NCBI GenBank assembly: GCA_002352365.1
Contig: DEIJ01000171.1
Coordinates: 1-32,817 of the forward strand
Reading direction: 5' to 3'
Source: Dehalococcoidia bacterium UBA2777
GTDB taxonomy: Bacteria; Chloroflexota; Dehalococcoidia; UBA2247; UBA2777
Length of the DNA stretch: 32,817 nt
The notes below the pieces were generated by a model. It had not been told where the DNA came from, did not search any database, and saw only the letters and a list, made by a program, of their open reading frames with translations. Each line of letters begins with the position of its first letter. Position 1 is the stretch's first letter. The translations under genes were made by a program, and so were the position numbers. Positions 25,553 to 32,817 of this stretch are shown here, in pieces.

Positions 25553-26401
25553 TTAGCCTTGCTTGTTTTTTGCCTCAGCCTTTCTAATCTTCCAGAAATG
25601 GGGCTTCCTTTTCTCTTGAAATGCCTGCACCCCTTCCCTGCATTCCTCACTCTCGAACCAATTGGGATATAAGTTAGTGGAGTGCACACCTAAAGATACC
25701 ATTTCATTTAATTCACTATCAAAGGTGGCCTTGAGAATCTCAATGCAGCCTGGGCTCAAGGATAGTATCTCTTCACACCACTTATCAACCTCTTCATCCA
25801 GTTTATCCAGGGGCACCACTGCATTTACCAACCCCATCTCCAGGGCTTGCTGAGCATTGTAGCGCCGGCATAACATCCACATCTCCCTGGCCTTCTTCGC
25901 CCCCACTACCCGAGTCAGATAGGGTATAATAAATCCATCTGCCGGACTTGCCACCCGCGGCCCATTTTGCCCAAATCGGGCGTTATCAGCAGCTATAGTG
26001 AAATCACAGGTATATGCCAGGTGATTTCCCCCTCCAATGCACCAGCCTTTCACCGCGGCAATCACTGGTTTCCGGCAGGTCATCACCAGGCGATTGGGAG
26101 GGTAACGCCAGTAGAATTGCTCACGCAGCCCCCAGGCCTCCCATTCTATATCTCCCCCGGTGCAGAATGCTTTGTCGCCAGTGCCAGTGAGCACTACTAC
26201 CCCAATCACGGGATCATGACTGGCATCGTAAAATGCTTTGAACATCTCATCTTGGGTATGTGCGGTAAAGGCATTAAGCTTTTCGGGCCGGTTAATAGTT
26301 ATCCGAGCCACACCACCCTCTAGCTCAATATGATACTTCTTCTCATAAATAATATCGCCGAATTCAAGCTCAGCCACCTTTCCCCACTCAGTCCATGCCA
26401 T
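25553..26401 (-). CDS. Crotonase-superfamily protein, MenB/BadI-like (1,4-dihydroxy-2-naphthoyl-CoA synthase / 2-ketocyclohexanecarboxyl-CoA hydrolase family)
   Basis: GGVARITINRPEKLNAF, FCTGGD, GWCIGGGNHLAYTCDFTIAADNARFGQNGPRV and VGAKKAREMWMLCRRYNAQQALEMGLVN closely follow the MenB-type pattern as I recall it. No other men genes are present in the window. Confidence 0.8.
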   Translation of the reverse strand: MAWTEWGKVAELEFGDIIYEKKYHIELEGGVARITINRPEKLNAFTAHTQDEMFKAFYDASHDPVIGVVVLTGTGDKAFCTGGDIEWEAWGLREQFYWRYPPNRLVMTCRKPVIAAVKGWCIGGGNHLAYTCDFTIAADNARFGQNGPRVASPADGFIIPYLTRVVGAKKAREMWMLCRRYNAQQALEMGLVNAVVPLDKLDEEVDKWCEEILSLSPGCIEILKATFDSELNEMVSLGVHSTNLYPNWFESEECREGVQAFQEKRKPHFWKIRKAEAKNKQG

Positions 26402-26506
26402 CTTGATACTACCTCCTTGCCCTTATTTTTGCCTTTATTTCGGCAAGAATATAAACCAAATCGATCCCCACAAAGTCTGGCGACTTTTTTGGGGTGGTTT
26501 AAGAGT

Positions 26507-26535
26507 AGTTTAGCTTAATCTTGAGCCTAGGTCAA
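26507..26535 (-). promoter_or_regulatory. Sigma70-like promoter for the crotonase gene
   Basis: The minus strand reads TTGACC (26535-26530), a 17-nt spacer, then TAAACT (26512-26507). This implies a leader of about 100 nt. Confidence 0.4.
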
Positions 26536-26561
26536 CGCAGGGTGCCTACCGTCTTAGCTGC

Positions 26562-26589
26562 TTGAAAAATCTGAGCCTGCGCTTATAAT
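26562..26589 (+). promoter_or_regulatory. Sigma70-like promoter for tRNA-Ser
   Basis: TTGAAA (26562-26567), a 16-nt spacer, then TATAAT (26584-26589), about 30 nt upstream of the tRNA. Confidence 0.45.
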
Positions 26590-26620
26590 TAAGGCGGGAG
26601 GAAATTTTTGCTGACTTCAG

Positions 26621-26713
26621 GGAGGGATCGCATAGTGGTCTAGTGCGGCCGCCTGCTAAGCGGTTACAGGGTGGAGAACTCTGTCGTGGGTTCGAATCCC
26701 ACTCCCTCCGCCA
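26621..26713 (+). tRNA. tRNA-Ser (anticodon GCT), class II with long variable arm, CCA encoded
   Basis: The sequence reads GGAGGGA-TC-GCA..TGC-G-GCCGC-CTGCTAA-GCGGT, then a variable arm (ACAGGG/CTCTGT stem), then GTGGG-TTCGAAT-CCCAC-TCCCTCC-G-CCA. Confidence 0.9.
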
Positions 26714-26804
26714 TGAGGCGAAAAGGCAGAAATTTACCGTGAGTGCTTGTCGATTTATTCTTCTATCTACCCCAAAGATATAAGCTAGATTTTGATTGAG
26801 AATT

Positions 26805-28073
26805 ATGGTGGCTGGCTACTACATTTGGACTATTGGCTGCCAGATGAATAAAGCTGACTCAAGTTATATTGCCAGTTTATTGGAGCAAGCTGGCTATTTC
26901 CCAGTAACTTGTGCTGAGGCTGCTGACATTATGGTGCTTAATAGCTGCGTGGTGCGTCAAAATGCTGAGGATAAGGTAGTAGCTAAGCTTTCATCCCTCA
27001 AGGGGCTAAAGAAGATTCATCCCAACTTAAGGATTATCCTTACCGGATGTATGGTGGATCACGAGGTTGAGGAACTCCAAAAGCGCTTCCCTTATATTGA
27101 CCTCTTCTTCCGGCCTCAGGATTGGGAAACCTTACAGCAATGGGGGGGGAAGCAGACTGGGAGAGTGAACATTTTGCCGATCTCCTCCCCTCCCCCAGTG
27201 AGTAGCTTTGTTACTATCATCCGGGGCTGCGATAACTTCTGCTCCTATTGCATTGTGCCCTATCGACGCGGCAGAGAGCAAAGCTGCCCTATGGAAGATA
27301 TTCTCGGTAAGGTGGAAGAGCTAGTGCAGCGGGGAACACAAGAGGTTACCCTATTGGGGCAGAATGTTGACTCTTATGGGCATGACTTGCCAGCTAAACC
27401 CCAGATGGCTGATTTGCTAGCCGAGCTAAACAGTATCACCGGGCTACGGCGAATACGTTTCCTGACCAACCATCCTAAGGATATGAATCATAGGCTTATC
27501 GAAGCGGTGGCCCAGCTAGATAAAGTTTGTGAACATATCAGTCTCCCTGTCCAGGCAGGCAATGATGAGATTCTAAAGAGGATGAGGCGAGGCTATACGG
27601 CGGAGCAGTATCGCAGTCTGGTGGAGCAAATTCACCTGGCCATCCCCGATGTCAGCTTGAGCACCGATGTCATCGTTGGTTTTCCGGGGGAGGATGAAAG
27701 GCAGTTTGAGCGAACGGCCGAGCTGCTCAACAGTCTTAGATTTGATACTGTTCATATCGCTGCCTATTCTCCCCGCCCAGGAACTATCGCCTGGCGGGAT
27801 TTGGCTGATGATGTTCCTCCCCAAGAGAAAGAGAGCCGACGCTTAAGGCTCGAAGCCTTACAACGAAATATTGCTGCCGAGATCAATGCCCAACTTTGGG
27901 GCAAGAGGATGGAGGTTTTAGTAGAGGGCAACAAGAACGGTAAATGGCAAGGGCGTACCAGAACAAATAAGCTGGTTTTCTTTGCCGATAGTGCCAACCA
28001 CCTAGGTCAACTAGTTAAGGTCAACATCACCGAGACAAGCCCCTGGTCACTACAAGGGGTGATCATAAGATGA
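26805..28073 (+). CDS. miaB: tRNA-i6A37 methylthiotransferase (radical SAM)
   Basis: It has N-terminal UPF0004 cysteines (GCQMN, NSCVVR), the radical-SAM motif CDNFCSYC and a C-terminal TRAM domain. The start is ATG 26805. Confidence 0.9.
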   Translation: MVAGYYIWTIGCQMNKADSSYIASLLEQAGYFPVTCAEAADIMVLNSCVVRQNAEDKVVAKLSSLKGLKKIHPNLRIILTGCMVDHEVEELQKRFPYIDLFFRPQDWETLQQWGGKQTGRVNILPISSPPPVSSFVTIIRGCDNFCSYCIVPYRRGREQSCPMEDILGKVEELVQRGTQEVTLLGQNVDSYGHDLPAKPQMADLLAELNSITGLRRIRFLTNHPKDMNHRLIEAVAQLDKVCEHISLPVQAGNDEILKRMRRGYTAEQYRSLVEQIHLAIPDVSLSTDVIVGFPGEDERQFERTAELLNSLRFDTVHIAAYSPRPGTIAWRDLADDVPPQEKESRRLRLEALQRNIAAEINAQLWGKRMEVLVEGNKNGKWQGRTRTNKLVFFADSANHLGQLVKVNITETSPWSLQGVIIR

Positions 28074-29623
28074 GCAATTATGACTATATTATTCTAGGCA
28101 GTGGAATTGCCGGATTGTACACCGCCTTACTAGCCAAGGAGCACGGCAGTGTGTTAATTCTAACCAAGGGGAGTATTGATGATTGTAACACCAAACATGC
28201 TCAAGGAGGCATTGCCGCCCCCATAGGGAGGAATGACTCCCCCGAACTTCACTTCCAGGATACCATTGCCGCCGGGGCGGGCTTATGTGACCCTGAGGCG
28301 GTGCGCATTCTAGTAGAACAGGCTCCCGAGTGCATCGGTGACCTTATCAAACTTGGCGTCCCCTTCGATACTCTAAATGGTGAGATCGCTTTAACTACGG
28401 AGGCAGCACATAGTGTTCCCCGCATCCTCCATGCTGGTGGCGACGCTACTGGGGAACATATTGAGGTTACCCTAAGCCGCCAAGTTCGTTTAGCCAAGAT
28501 CAAGGTCTTGGAGTATTGCTTAGCTACCGAGATCAAGCTAGATAGAGGCAAGGTTGTGGGGGTGAAAGCCCTTGATTGCCATAGCGGAACTAGCGAAGAA
28601 TTTGACTGCCATTATTTAATCTTGGCTACCGGGGGTGCAGGTCGGCTATTTAAGTTCACCACCAACTCAGAGATAGCCACGGGTGATGGAGTTGCCCTAG
28701 CCTTTCACGCTGGGGCTGAGATTACCGATATGGAGTTCTTCCAATTCCATCCCACAGTGCTACGCCTGAGTGGGGTAACCCCTTTTCTCATCTCTGAGGC
28801 GGTGAGAGGAGAAGGTGGCATCCTACGCAACGCTGCAGGGCATCGCTTCATGTTTGATTACACTCCTTTAGGGGAACTGGCCCCCCGAGACATAGTGGCC
28901 CGTAGCATTGTCCACGAAATGAAGAAAACAGGGAGCGACCGAGTGTTTCTTGATGCCACTCACTTGCCGCCCCAACTGGTCACTACTCGTTTCCCCCACA
29001 TTTACCGCTTCTGCCGAGAAGTGGATTTAGACATAACCGTGGACGTTATTCCAGTGGCACCTGCTGCCCACTATATGATGGGTGGGGTGAAGACGAATAC
29101 TTGGGGGGAGACAAACATTCCTGGTTTCTTTGCTGTCGGAGAGGTAGCTTCAGCCGGAGTGCACGGGGCAAATAGGTTAGCCTCAAACTCGCTGATGGAG
29201 ACCCTTGTCTTCGGCAGGCGAATTATTCAGCACATCACTGCCGAGACTTCAACTGGTGGAGCTGGCCACCAGAGCAGCTACCTACTCAAGGAACGAGAGG
29301 CTATCGAGGCTGCCCCCCCTCTCAGCCTCTCTGCTCTTCGATCGTTAATGTGGGAGAAAGTGGGCATTATCCGCTCCAAAGATGGTCTGGGGGAGGCAGC
29401 AAATACCCTGGCTTGTTGGCAGGAGATCATTCCACAGCCCGTTGACCGCCCCTCCTACGAATTAAAAAACCTGGTGCTGGCAGCTCGACTGATGACTGAG
29501 GCAGCTTTGATACGTGAGGAAAGCCGTGGTGCTCACTTCCGCACTGATTTCCCCCAAACCTCCCCAGCCTGGCTCAAACACATCACCTTCATCAAGAGGC
29601 AAATCTCACCAGATGTGGCATAG
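28070..29623 (+). CDS. nadB: L-aspartate oxidase
   Basis: It has the FAD motif DYIILGSGIAGL, HAQGGIAA and RGEGG, and the C-terminus contains ESRGAHFR. The ATG overlaps the miaB stop (ATGA). Confidence 0.93.
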   Translation: MSNYDYIILGSGIAGLYTALLAKEHGSVLILTKGSIDDCNTKHAQGGIAAPIGRNDSPELHFQDTIAAGAGLCDPEAVRILVEQAPECIGDLIKLGVPFDTLNGEIALTTEAAHSVPRILHAGGDATGEHIEVTLSRQVRLAKIKVLEYCLATEIKLDRGKVVGVKALDCHSGTSEEFDCHYLILATGGAGRLFKFTTNSEIATGDGVALAFHAGAEITDMEFFQFHPTVLRLSGVTPFLISEAVRGEGGILRNAAGHRFMFDYTPLGELAPRDIVARSIVHEMKKTGSDRVFLDATHLPPQLVTTRFPHIYRFCREVDLDITVDVIPVAPAAHYMMGGVKTNTWGETNIPGFFAVGEVASAGVHGANRLASNSLMETLVFGRRIIQHITAETSTGGAGHQSSYLLKEREAIEAAPPLSLSALRSLMWEKVGIIRSKDGLGEAANTLACWQEIIPQPVDRPSYELKNLVLAARLMTEAALIREESRGAHFRTDFPQTSPAWLKHITFIKRQISPDVA

Positions 29624-30461
29624 ACAAATTGAAGCGATAGTTGACCATGCCCTGGCCGAAGACATCGGCTGGGGCGATGTGACTACTGAGATACTAATTC
29701 CCCCCGAGCTTAGAGGCAAAGCTTCGATATTGGTTAAGGCAAGTGGAGTATTGGCCGGAATTGAGGTCATGGAGACAGTTTTTCACCATATTGACCCCGA
29801 GCTTAAGATCGAGATTCTTGCCCCCGATGGCAAGGGGGTAGCGCCTGGAGATGTAGTTGCCCAAGTTTCCGGAAAGGTCTCCAGTATTCTCAAGGCAGAG
29901 CGAGTGGCATTAAACTTTTTGCAACACTTGAGTGGCATCGCCTCCGAGACAGCACGCTATGTAGAGAGGGCCGCTGGTTTACCCGTCCACATCCTAGATA
30001 CCCGCAAGACTACTCCAGGGTTAAGGCATTTGGAGAAATATGCTGTAAGGATAGGTGGTGGCTACAATCACCGGCAACACCTCGGCGATGGCATCCTTAT
30101 CAAGGATAATCACTTGGCAGCGCTTCGCTCCCAGGGGACGAGTCTTAAGGAAGCTATAGATAGGTCGAAGAGATCGGCCCCTCACACCTTGAAGGTCGAG
30201 GTGGAGGTAAAAACAGTAGACGAGGCTGTAGAGGCGGTTGAGGCTGGTGCTGATAGTATTATGCTGGATAACATGAGTCGGGAGCAGATGAACGAGGCTG
30301 TAAAGTTACTCAAAGGCCGTTGCTTGCTCGAGGCCTCTGGAGGCATACGGCTGGATAATATACGGGCTATCGCTGAGACTGGCGTTGATCTTATCTCGGT
30401 GGGTGCTCTCACCCACTCAAGTCCAGCACTTGATATAAGTCTGGAAATTGAAGTAGGCTAG
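29613..30461 (+). CDS. nadC: Nicotinate-nucleotide diphosphorylase (quinolinate phosphoribosyltransferase)
   Basis: It contains ALAEDIGWGDVTT, ERVALNFLQHLSGIA, DTRKTTPGLR and IKDNH. ATG 29613 overlaps the nadB end by 11 nt. The ORF-track extension to 29514 lies inside nadB. Confidence 0.92.
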   Translation: MWHRQIEAIVDHALAEDIGWGDVTTEILIPPELRGKASILVKASGVLAGIEVMETVFHHIDPELKIEILAPDGKGVAPGDVVAQVSGKVSSILKAERVALNFLQHLSGIASETARYVERAAGLPVHILDTRKTTPGLRHLEKYAVRIGGGYNHRQHLGDGILIKDNHLAALRSQGTSLKEAIDRSKRSAPHTLKVEVEVKTVDEAVEAVEAGADSIMLDNMSREQMNEAVKLLKGRCLLEASGGIRLDNIRAIAETGVDLISVGALTHSSPALDISLEIEVG

Positions 30462-30469
30462 AGTCTGTC

Positions 30470-32269
30470 ATGAGTTGGACTGGTAAGGTTTTGCGGGTTG
30501 ATTTAAGTAGAGGCTCCTGGAGCATTGAAGCTTTAGACCTTTTACTGGCAGTAGATTTTATCGGGGGAAGAGGACTTGGTGCTAGGCTGCTCTTATCTGA
30601 GGTAGACCCCCAAGTTTCACCATTTAGTCCCCAGAACAAGCTTATCTTGGCCACCGGCCCACTAACTGGAACGGGGGCCCCCACTGGCTCAGGGTTTTGT
30701 GTAGTTACCAAATCACCTTTAACTGGAGCCATCGCCTGCTCCACCTCAGGAGGCTATTTCGGCCCTGAATTGAAGTTCGCCGGCTATGATCTGATCATCC
30801 TCGAAGGCAAATCCCCCTCTCCCGTTTGTCTATCGATCAATGATGATGAGATCCAAATCATTCCCGCCACTCACCTATGGGGGGAAACCACTTGCCGGAC
30901 TGAAGACATAATCCGGGCCGACTTTGGTGACCCTTGGTTGGCGAGGGAGATCCATATCGCCTCTATCGGTCCCGCCGGGGAGAGATTGGTGAGATTTGCC
31001 TCTATTGTTAACGATAAGTATTGGGCGGCAGCACGATCAGGGGTAGGAGCGGTAATGGGGTCCAAGAATCTGAAGGCAATTGTGCTGCGAGGGACAAAGG
31101 GAATTCTAGTCGGCAGCCCAGATAATTTTAAGCAGGCTGTATCGGATACCCTGGATAAAATCAAAAAGAGTCCTTTAGCCTCTCAAGTCTTGCCCGAGCT
31201 GGGTACCTCTTTCTTGATTGAGGTTATCCAAGGTCATGGCATCCTGGCTACTCGAAACTTCCAAGATGGGGTATTTGGGGGGGCAAGCAAAATCAGCGGG
31301 GAGGCAATGAGAAACACAATGCCTCAAACTAGGCGAGGATGTTTTTCTTGTCCTATCGGCTGCACCAAAATAATCGACAAAAGAGCTCAAGCCCCGGGAT
31401 ATGATGCCCTGGCCCAGCTTGGCGCCTGTTGCGGCATTGACGACCTTTCGGCGTTAACTTCGGCGAATTTGAGGTGTAATGAATTGGGAATAGATGTGAT
31501 CTCAGCAGGAGGAACCATCGCTTGTGCTATGGAACTTTACCAAAGGGGGATCCTATCTCCCAAGGACACTGGGCTCAGATTAGACTTTGGCTCGGTGGCG
31601 ACGATGGTTGAACTTATTGAGGACATAGGAATGCGCCGTGGTTTCGGAGAAGTTCTTGGTGAGGGGGCATGGCGGCTAGCCCAAACATATGGTCATCCCG
31701 AGTTGTTTATGGGGGTGAAAGGGCAGGAGGCCCCAGCTTATGATCCGCGTGGTGTTCAGGGATTGGGGCTTCAGTATGCCACATCTAATACTGGGGCATG
31801 TTATGCCAGTGGCTATACGGTAATCGACGAGATTCTGGGCATTCATCAAAAGATGAATCCTCAAACTGCAGAGAATAAAGCCGCCTTTGTCAAGCTGCTT
31901 CAAGAAATAACCGCGGTGACTGATTCCAGCGGTCTGTGCCCCATCGTTCTCTTCGTACTTAAGCTTGCTGATGTCCTTGCCATGTTAGAGGCAGCCACTG
32001 GTGCAGGTTATACTGAGGAGAACTTGCTACTTGCCGGGGAAAGAGTGTGGAATGTGGAAAGATTATTCGATCTAAAAGCTGGATTTGGCTCTAAGGATGA
32101 CACTTTGCCACCAAGAATGCTTCAGGAGCCTATGCCGAGTGGACCAGCCCGCGGGCAAGTATGTCAACTCGATCACATGCTACCCGAGTATCACCAACTC
32201 AGGGGATGGGATGAAAACGGCATTCCCCTATCGGAAAAGCTTGCTGAATTAGGCTTGGAGTATAAGTGA
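30470..32269 (+). CDS. aor: Aldehyde:ferredoxin oxidoreductase family (tungstopterin) protein
   Basis: The N-terminus WTGKVLRVDLS is typical of AOR. The cluster ligands CFSCPIGC (C-x2-C-x3-C) and a distal SSGLC are present. The product is 599 aa. Confidence 0.9.
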   Translation: MSWTGKVLRVDLSRGSWSIEALDLLLAVDFIGGRGLGARLLLSEVDPQVSPFSPQNKLILATGPLTGTGAPTGSGFCVVTKSPLTGAIACSTSGGYFGPELKFAGYDLIILEGKSPSPVCLSINDDEIQIIPATHLWGETTCRTEDIIRADFGDPWLAREIHIASIGPAGERLVRFASIVNDKYWAAARSGVGAVMGSKNLKAIVLRGTKGILVGSPDNFKQAVSDTLDKIKKSPLASQVLPELGTSFLIEVIQGHGILATRNFQDGVFGGASKISGEAMRNTMPQTRRGCFSCPIGCTKIIDKRAQAPGYDALAQLGACCGIDDLSALTSANLRCNELGIDVISAGGTIACAMELYQRGILSPKDTGLRLDFGSVATMVELIEDIGMRRGFGEVLGEGAWRLAQTYGHPELFMGVKGQEAPAYDPRGVQGLGLQYATSNTGACYASGYTVIDEILGIHQKMNPQTAENKAAFVKLLQEITAVTDSSGLCPIVLFVLKLADVLAMLEAATGAGYTEENLLLAGERVWNVERLFDLKAGFGSKDDTLPPRMLQEPMPSGPARGQVCQLDHMLPEYHQLRGWDENGIPLSEKLAELGLEYK

Positions 32270-32646
32270 AGAAGATAAAGATAGATTATCGCCAATGTAT
32301 CGGCTGTAGACATTGTGAGGTGGCCTGTTCTTTATTTCATGTGGAAGGTATTATTAATCCCCGAAGATCGCGGATAAGGGTTTTCACTGAAGGGGACTTT
32401 TGTTTCCCAGTAATAGCCGGACCATTCACTGATGCCGAATGCAATTCGAGGAATGTGGTAGTAATTGAAGGGGAAGAATATGATGGCTGCCTTTTATGCC
32501 GTGCCTCCTGTCCGGTTAAACCTGTATTTAAGGAGCCTGATACTGACATCCCGTTAAAATGCGATTTCTGTGGGGTGCCACCAGATCCCCAATGCGTCAA
32601 GTGGTGCCCCTCTGATGCCTTGACCTTGGTAGAAGACCAAGAATAA
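32266..32646 (+). CDS. 4Fe-4S cluster-binding ferredoxin-like protein (AOR partner subunit-like)
   Basis: The GTG start overlaps the aor stop (GTGA). Its motifs are CIGCRHCEVAC, CLLCRASCP and CDFC...CVKWCP, which suggest two to three clusters. The product is 126 aa. Confidence 0.85.
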   Translation: MKKIKIDYRQCIGCRHCEVACSLFHVEGIINPRRSRIRVFTEGDFCFPVIAGPFTDAECNSRNVVVIEGEEYDGCLLCRASCPVKPVFKEPDTDIPLKCDFCGVPPDPQCVKWCPSDALTLVEDQE

Positions 32647-32665
32647 GCCTCTTGGGGTCTTAAAC
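32634..32665 (+). terminator. Weak terminator-like hairpin over the stop codon of the FeS gene
   Basis: AGACCAAGA (32634-32642) pairs with TCTTGGGGTCT (32650-32660), leaving a 2-nt bulge. The downstream tract TAAACC is T-poor, so this is not a convincing intrinsic terminator. Confidence 0.3.
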
Positions 32666-32669
32666 CTAA

Positions 32670-32698
32670 TTGACACCGGTGGCTGAGATCAGTAACAT
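32670..32698 (+). promoter_or_regulatory. Sigma70-like promoter reading out of the window
   Basis: TTGACA (32670-32675), a 17-nt spacer, then TAACAT (32693-32698). No credible coding start occurs in the remaining ~115 nt. Confidence 0.4.
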
Positions 32699-32817
32699 AT
32701 AGGACTTACGCAGTTGCCCATCATTGAACTACCGTGCGCAAGTTCTAAAGGATGTTCCACTGGAAGGGCGTTGTGCTCTGAGTCTGAACCGCAGCAAAAT
32801 CCAATGGTTCAGCGACG

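Noticed and set aside
25553-26401. Calling this gene menB and inferring menaquinone biosynthesis
   Set aside because: The family resemblance is strong, but there is no men gene context. The subfamily also contains BadI-type hydrolases, so I left the gene symbol blank.
32681-32745. GGCTGAGA ... GCGCAAGTTC, superficially reminiscent of a TPP riboswitch (CUGAGA box)
   Set aside because: The CTGAGA lies inside the promoter spacer, upstream of the predicted transcription start. The obligatory ACCUGAUCUGGAUAAUGCCAGCG-like pyrophosphate-sensing half is absent.
32734-32817. GTGCG at 32734 considered as the 5-prime end of a group II intron
   Set aside because: Only the 5-nt consensus matches. No reverse-transcriptase ORF or domain V/VI can be seen, because the window ends about 80 nt later. 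GTGCG alone is far too common to support the call.

Overview
A 32.8-kb chromosomal segment of roughly 50% GC by eye. It most likely comes from a strictly anaerobic bacterium, because it carries a tungsten-type aldehyde:ferredoxin oxidoreductase, a 2-oxoacid:ferredoxin oxidoreductase (OFOR) and a radical 2-hydroxyacyl-CoA-dehydratase-family enzyme. I support 31 protein-coding genes (one frameshifted) and 3 tRNAs (Lys-CTT, Glu-TTC, Ser-GCT). I also list several sigma70-like promoters, one strong intrinsic terminator and two weaker terminator-like hairpins. Most genes are housekeeping: pcrA/uvrD, ligA, tldD-pmbA, mnmE, nth, argC, hflKC, rnc, miaB, nadBC. I found no CRISPR array, transposase, integrase, phage gene or recognisable defence gene. 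The only clearly accessory block is a seven-gene acyl-CoA cluster at 3.55-11.43 kb. It reads CoA-transferase, three-subunit OFOR, a paralogous CoA-transferase, then a two-subunit HgdAB/HadBC/BcrBC-family dehydratase. It lacks the expected ATP-dependent activator and the OFOR delta ferredoxin subunit. It sits head-to-head with an orphan CooC-type ATPase whose P-loop is broken by a 1-nt deletion in a G-homopolymer. This is my best candidate for something not yet described, but the claim rests on gene-content inference only. Secondary observations are a tldD-pmbA-HEAT-GNAT operon, a perfect 23-bp palindrome over the mnmE -35 box, and a tightly coupled miaB-nadB-nadC-aor-FeS gene string. There is also a promoter followed by a non-coding, hairpin-containing leader that runs off the right edge. 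All start sites, promoters and functional assignments come from motif reading by eye. No database search was run.
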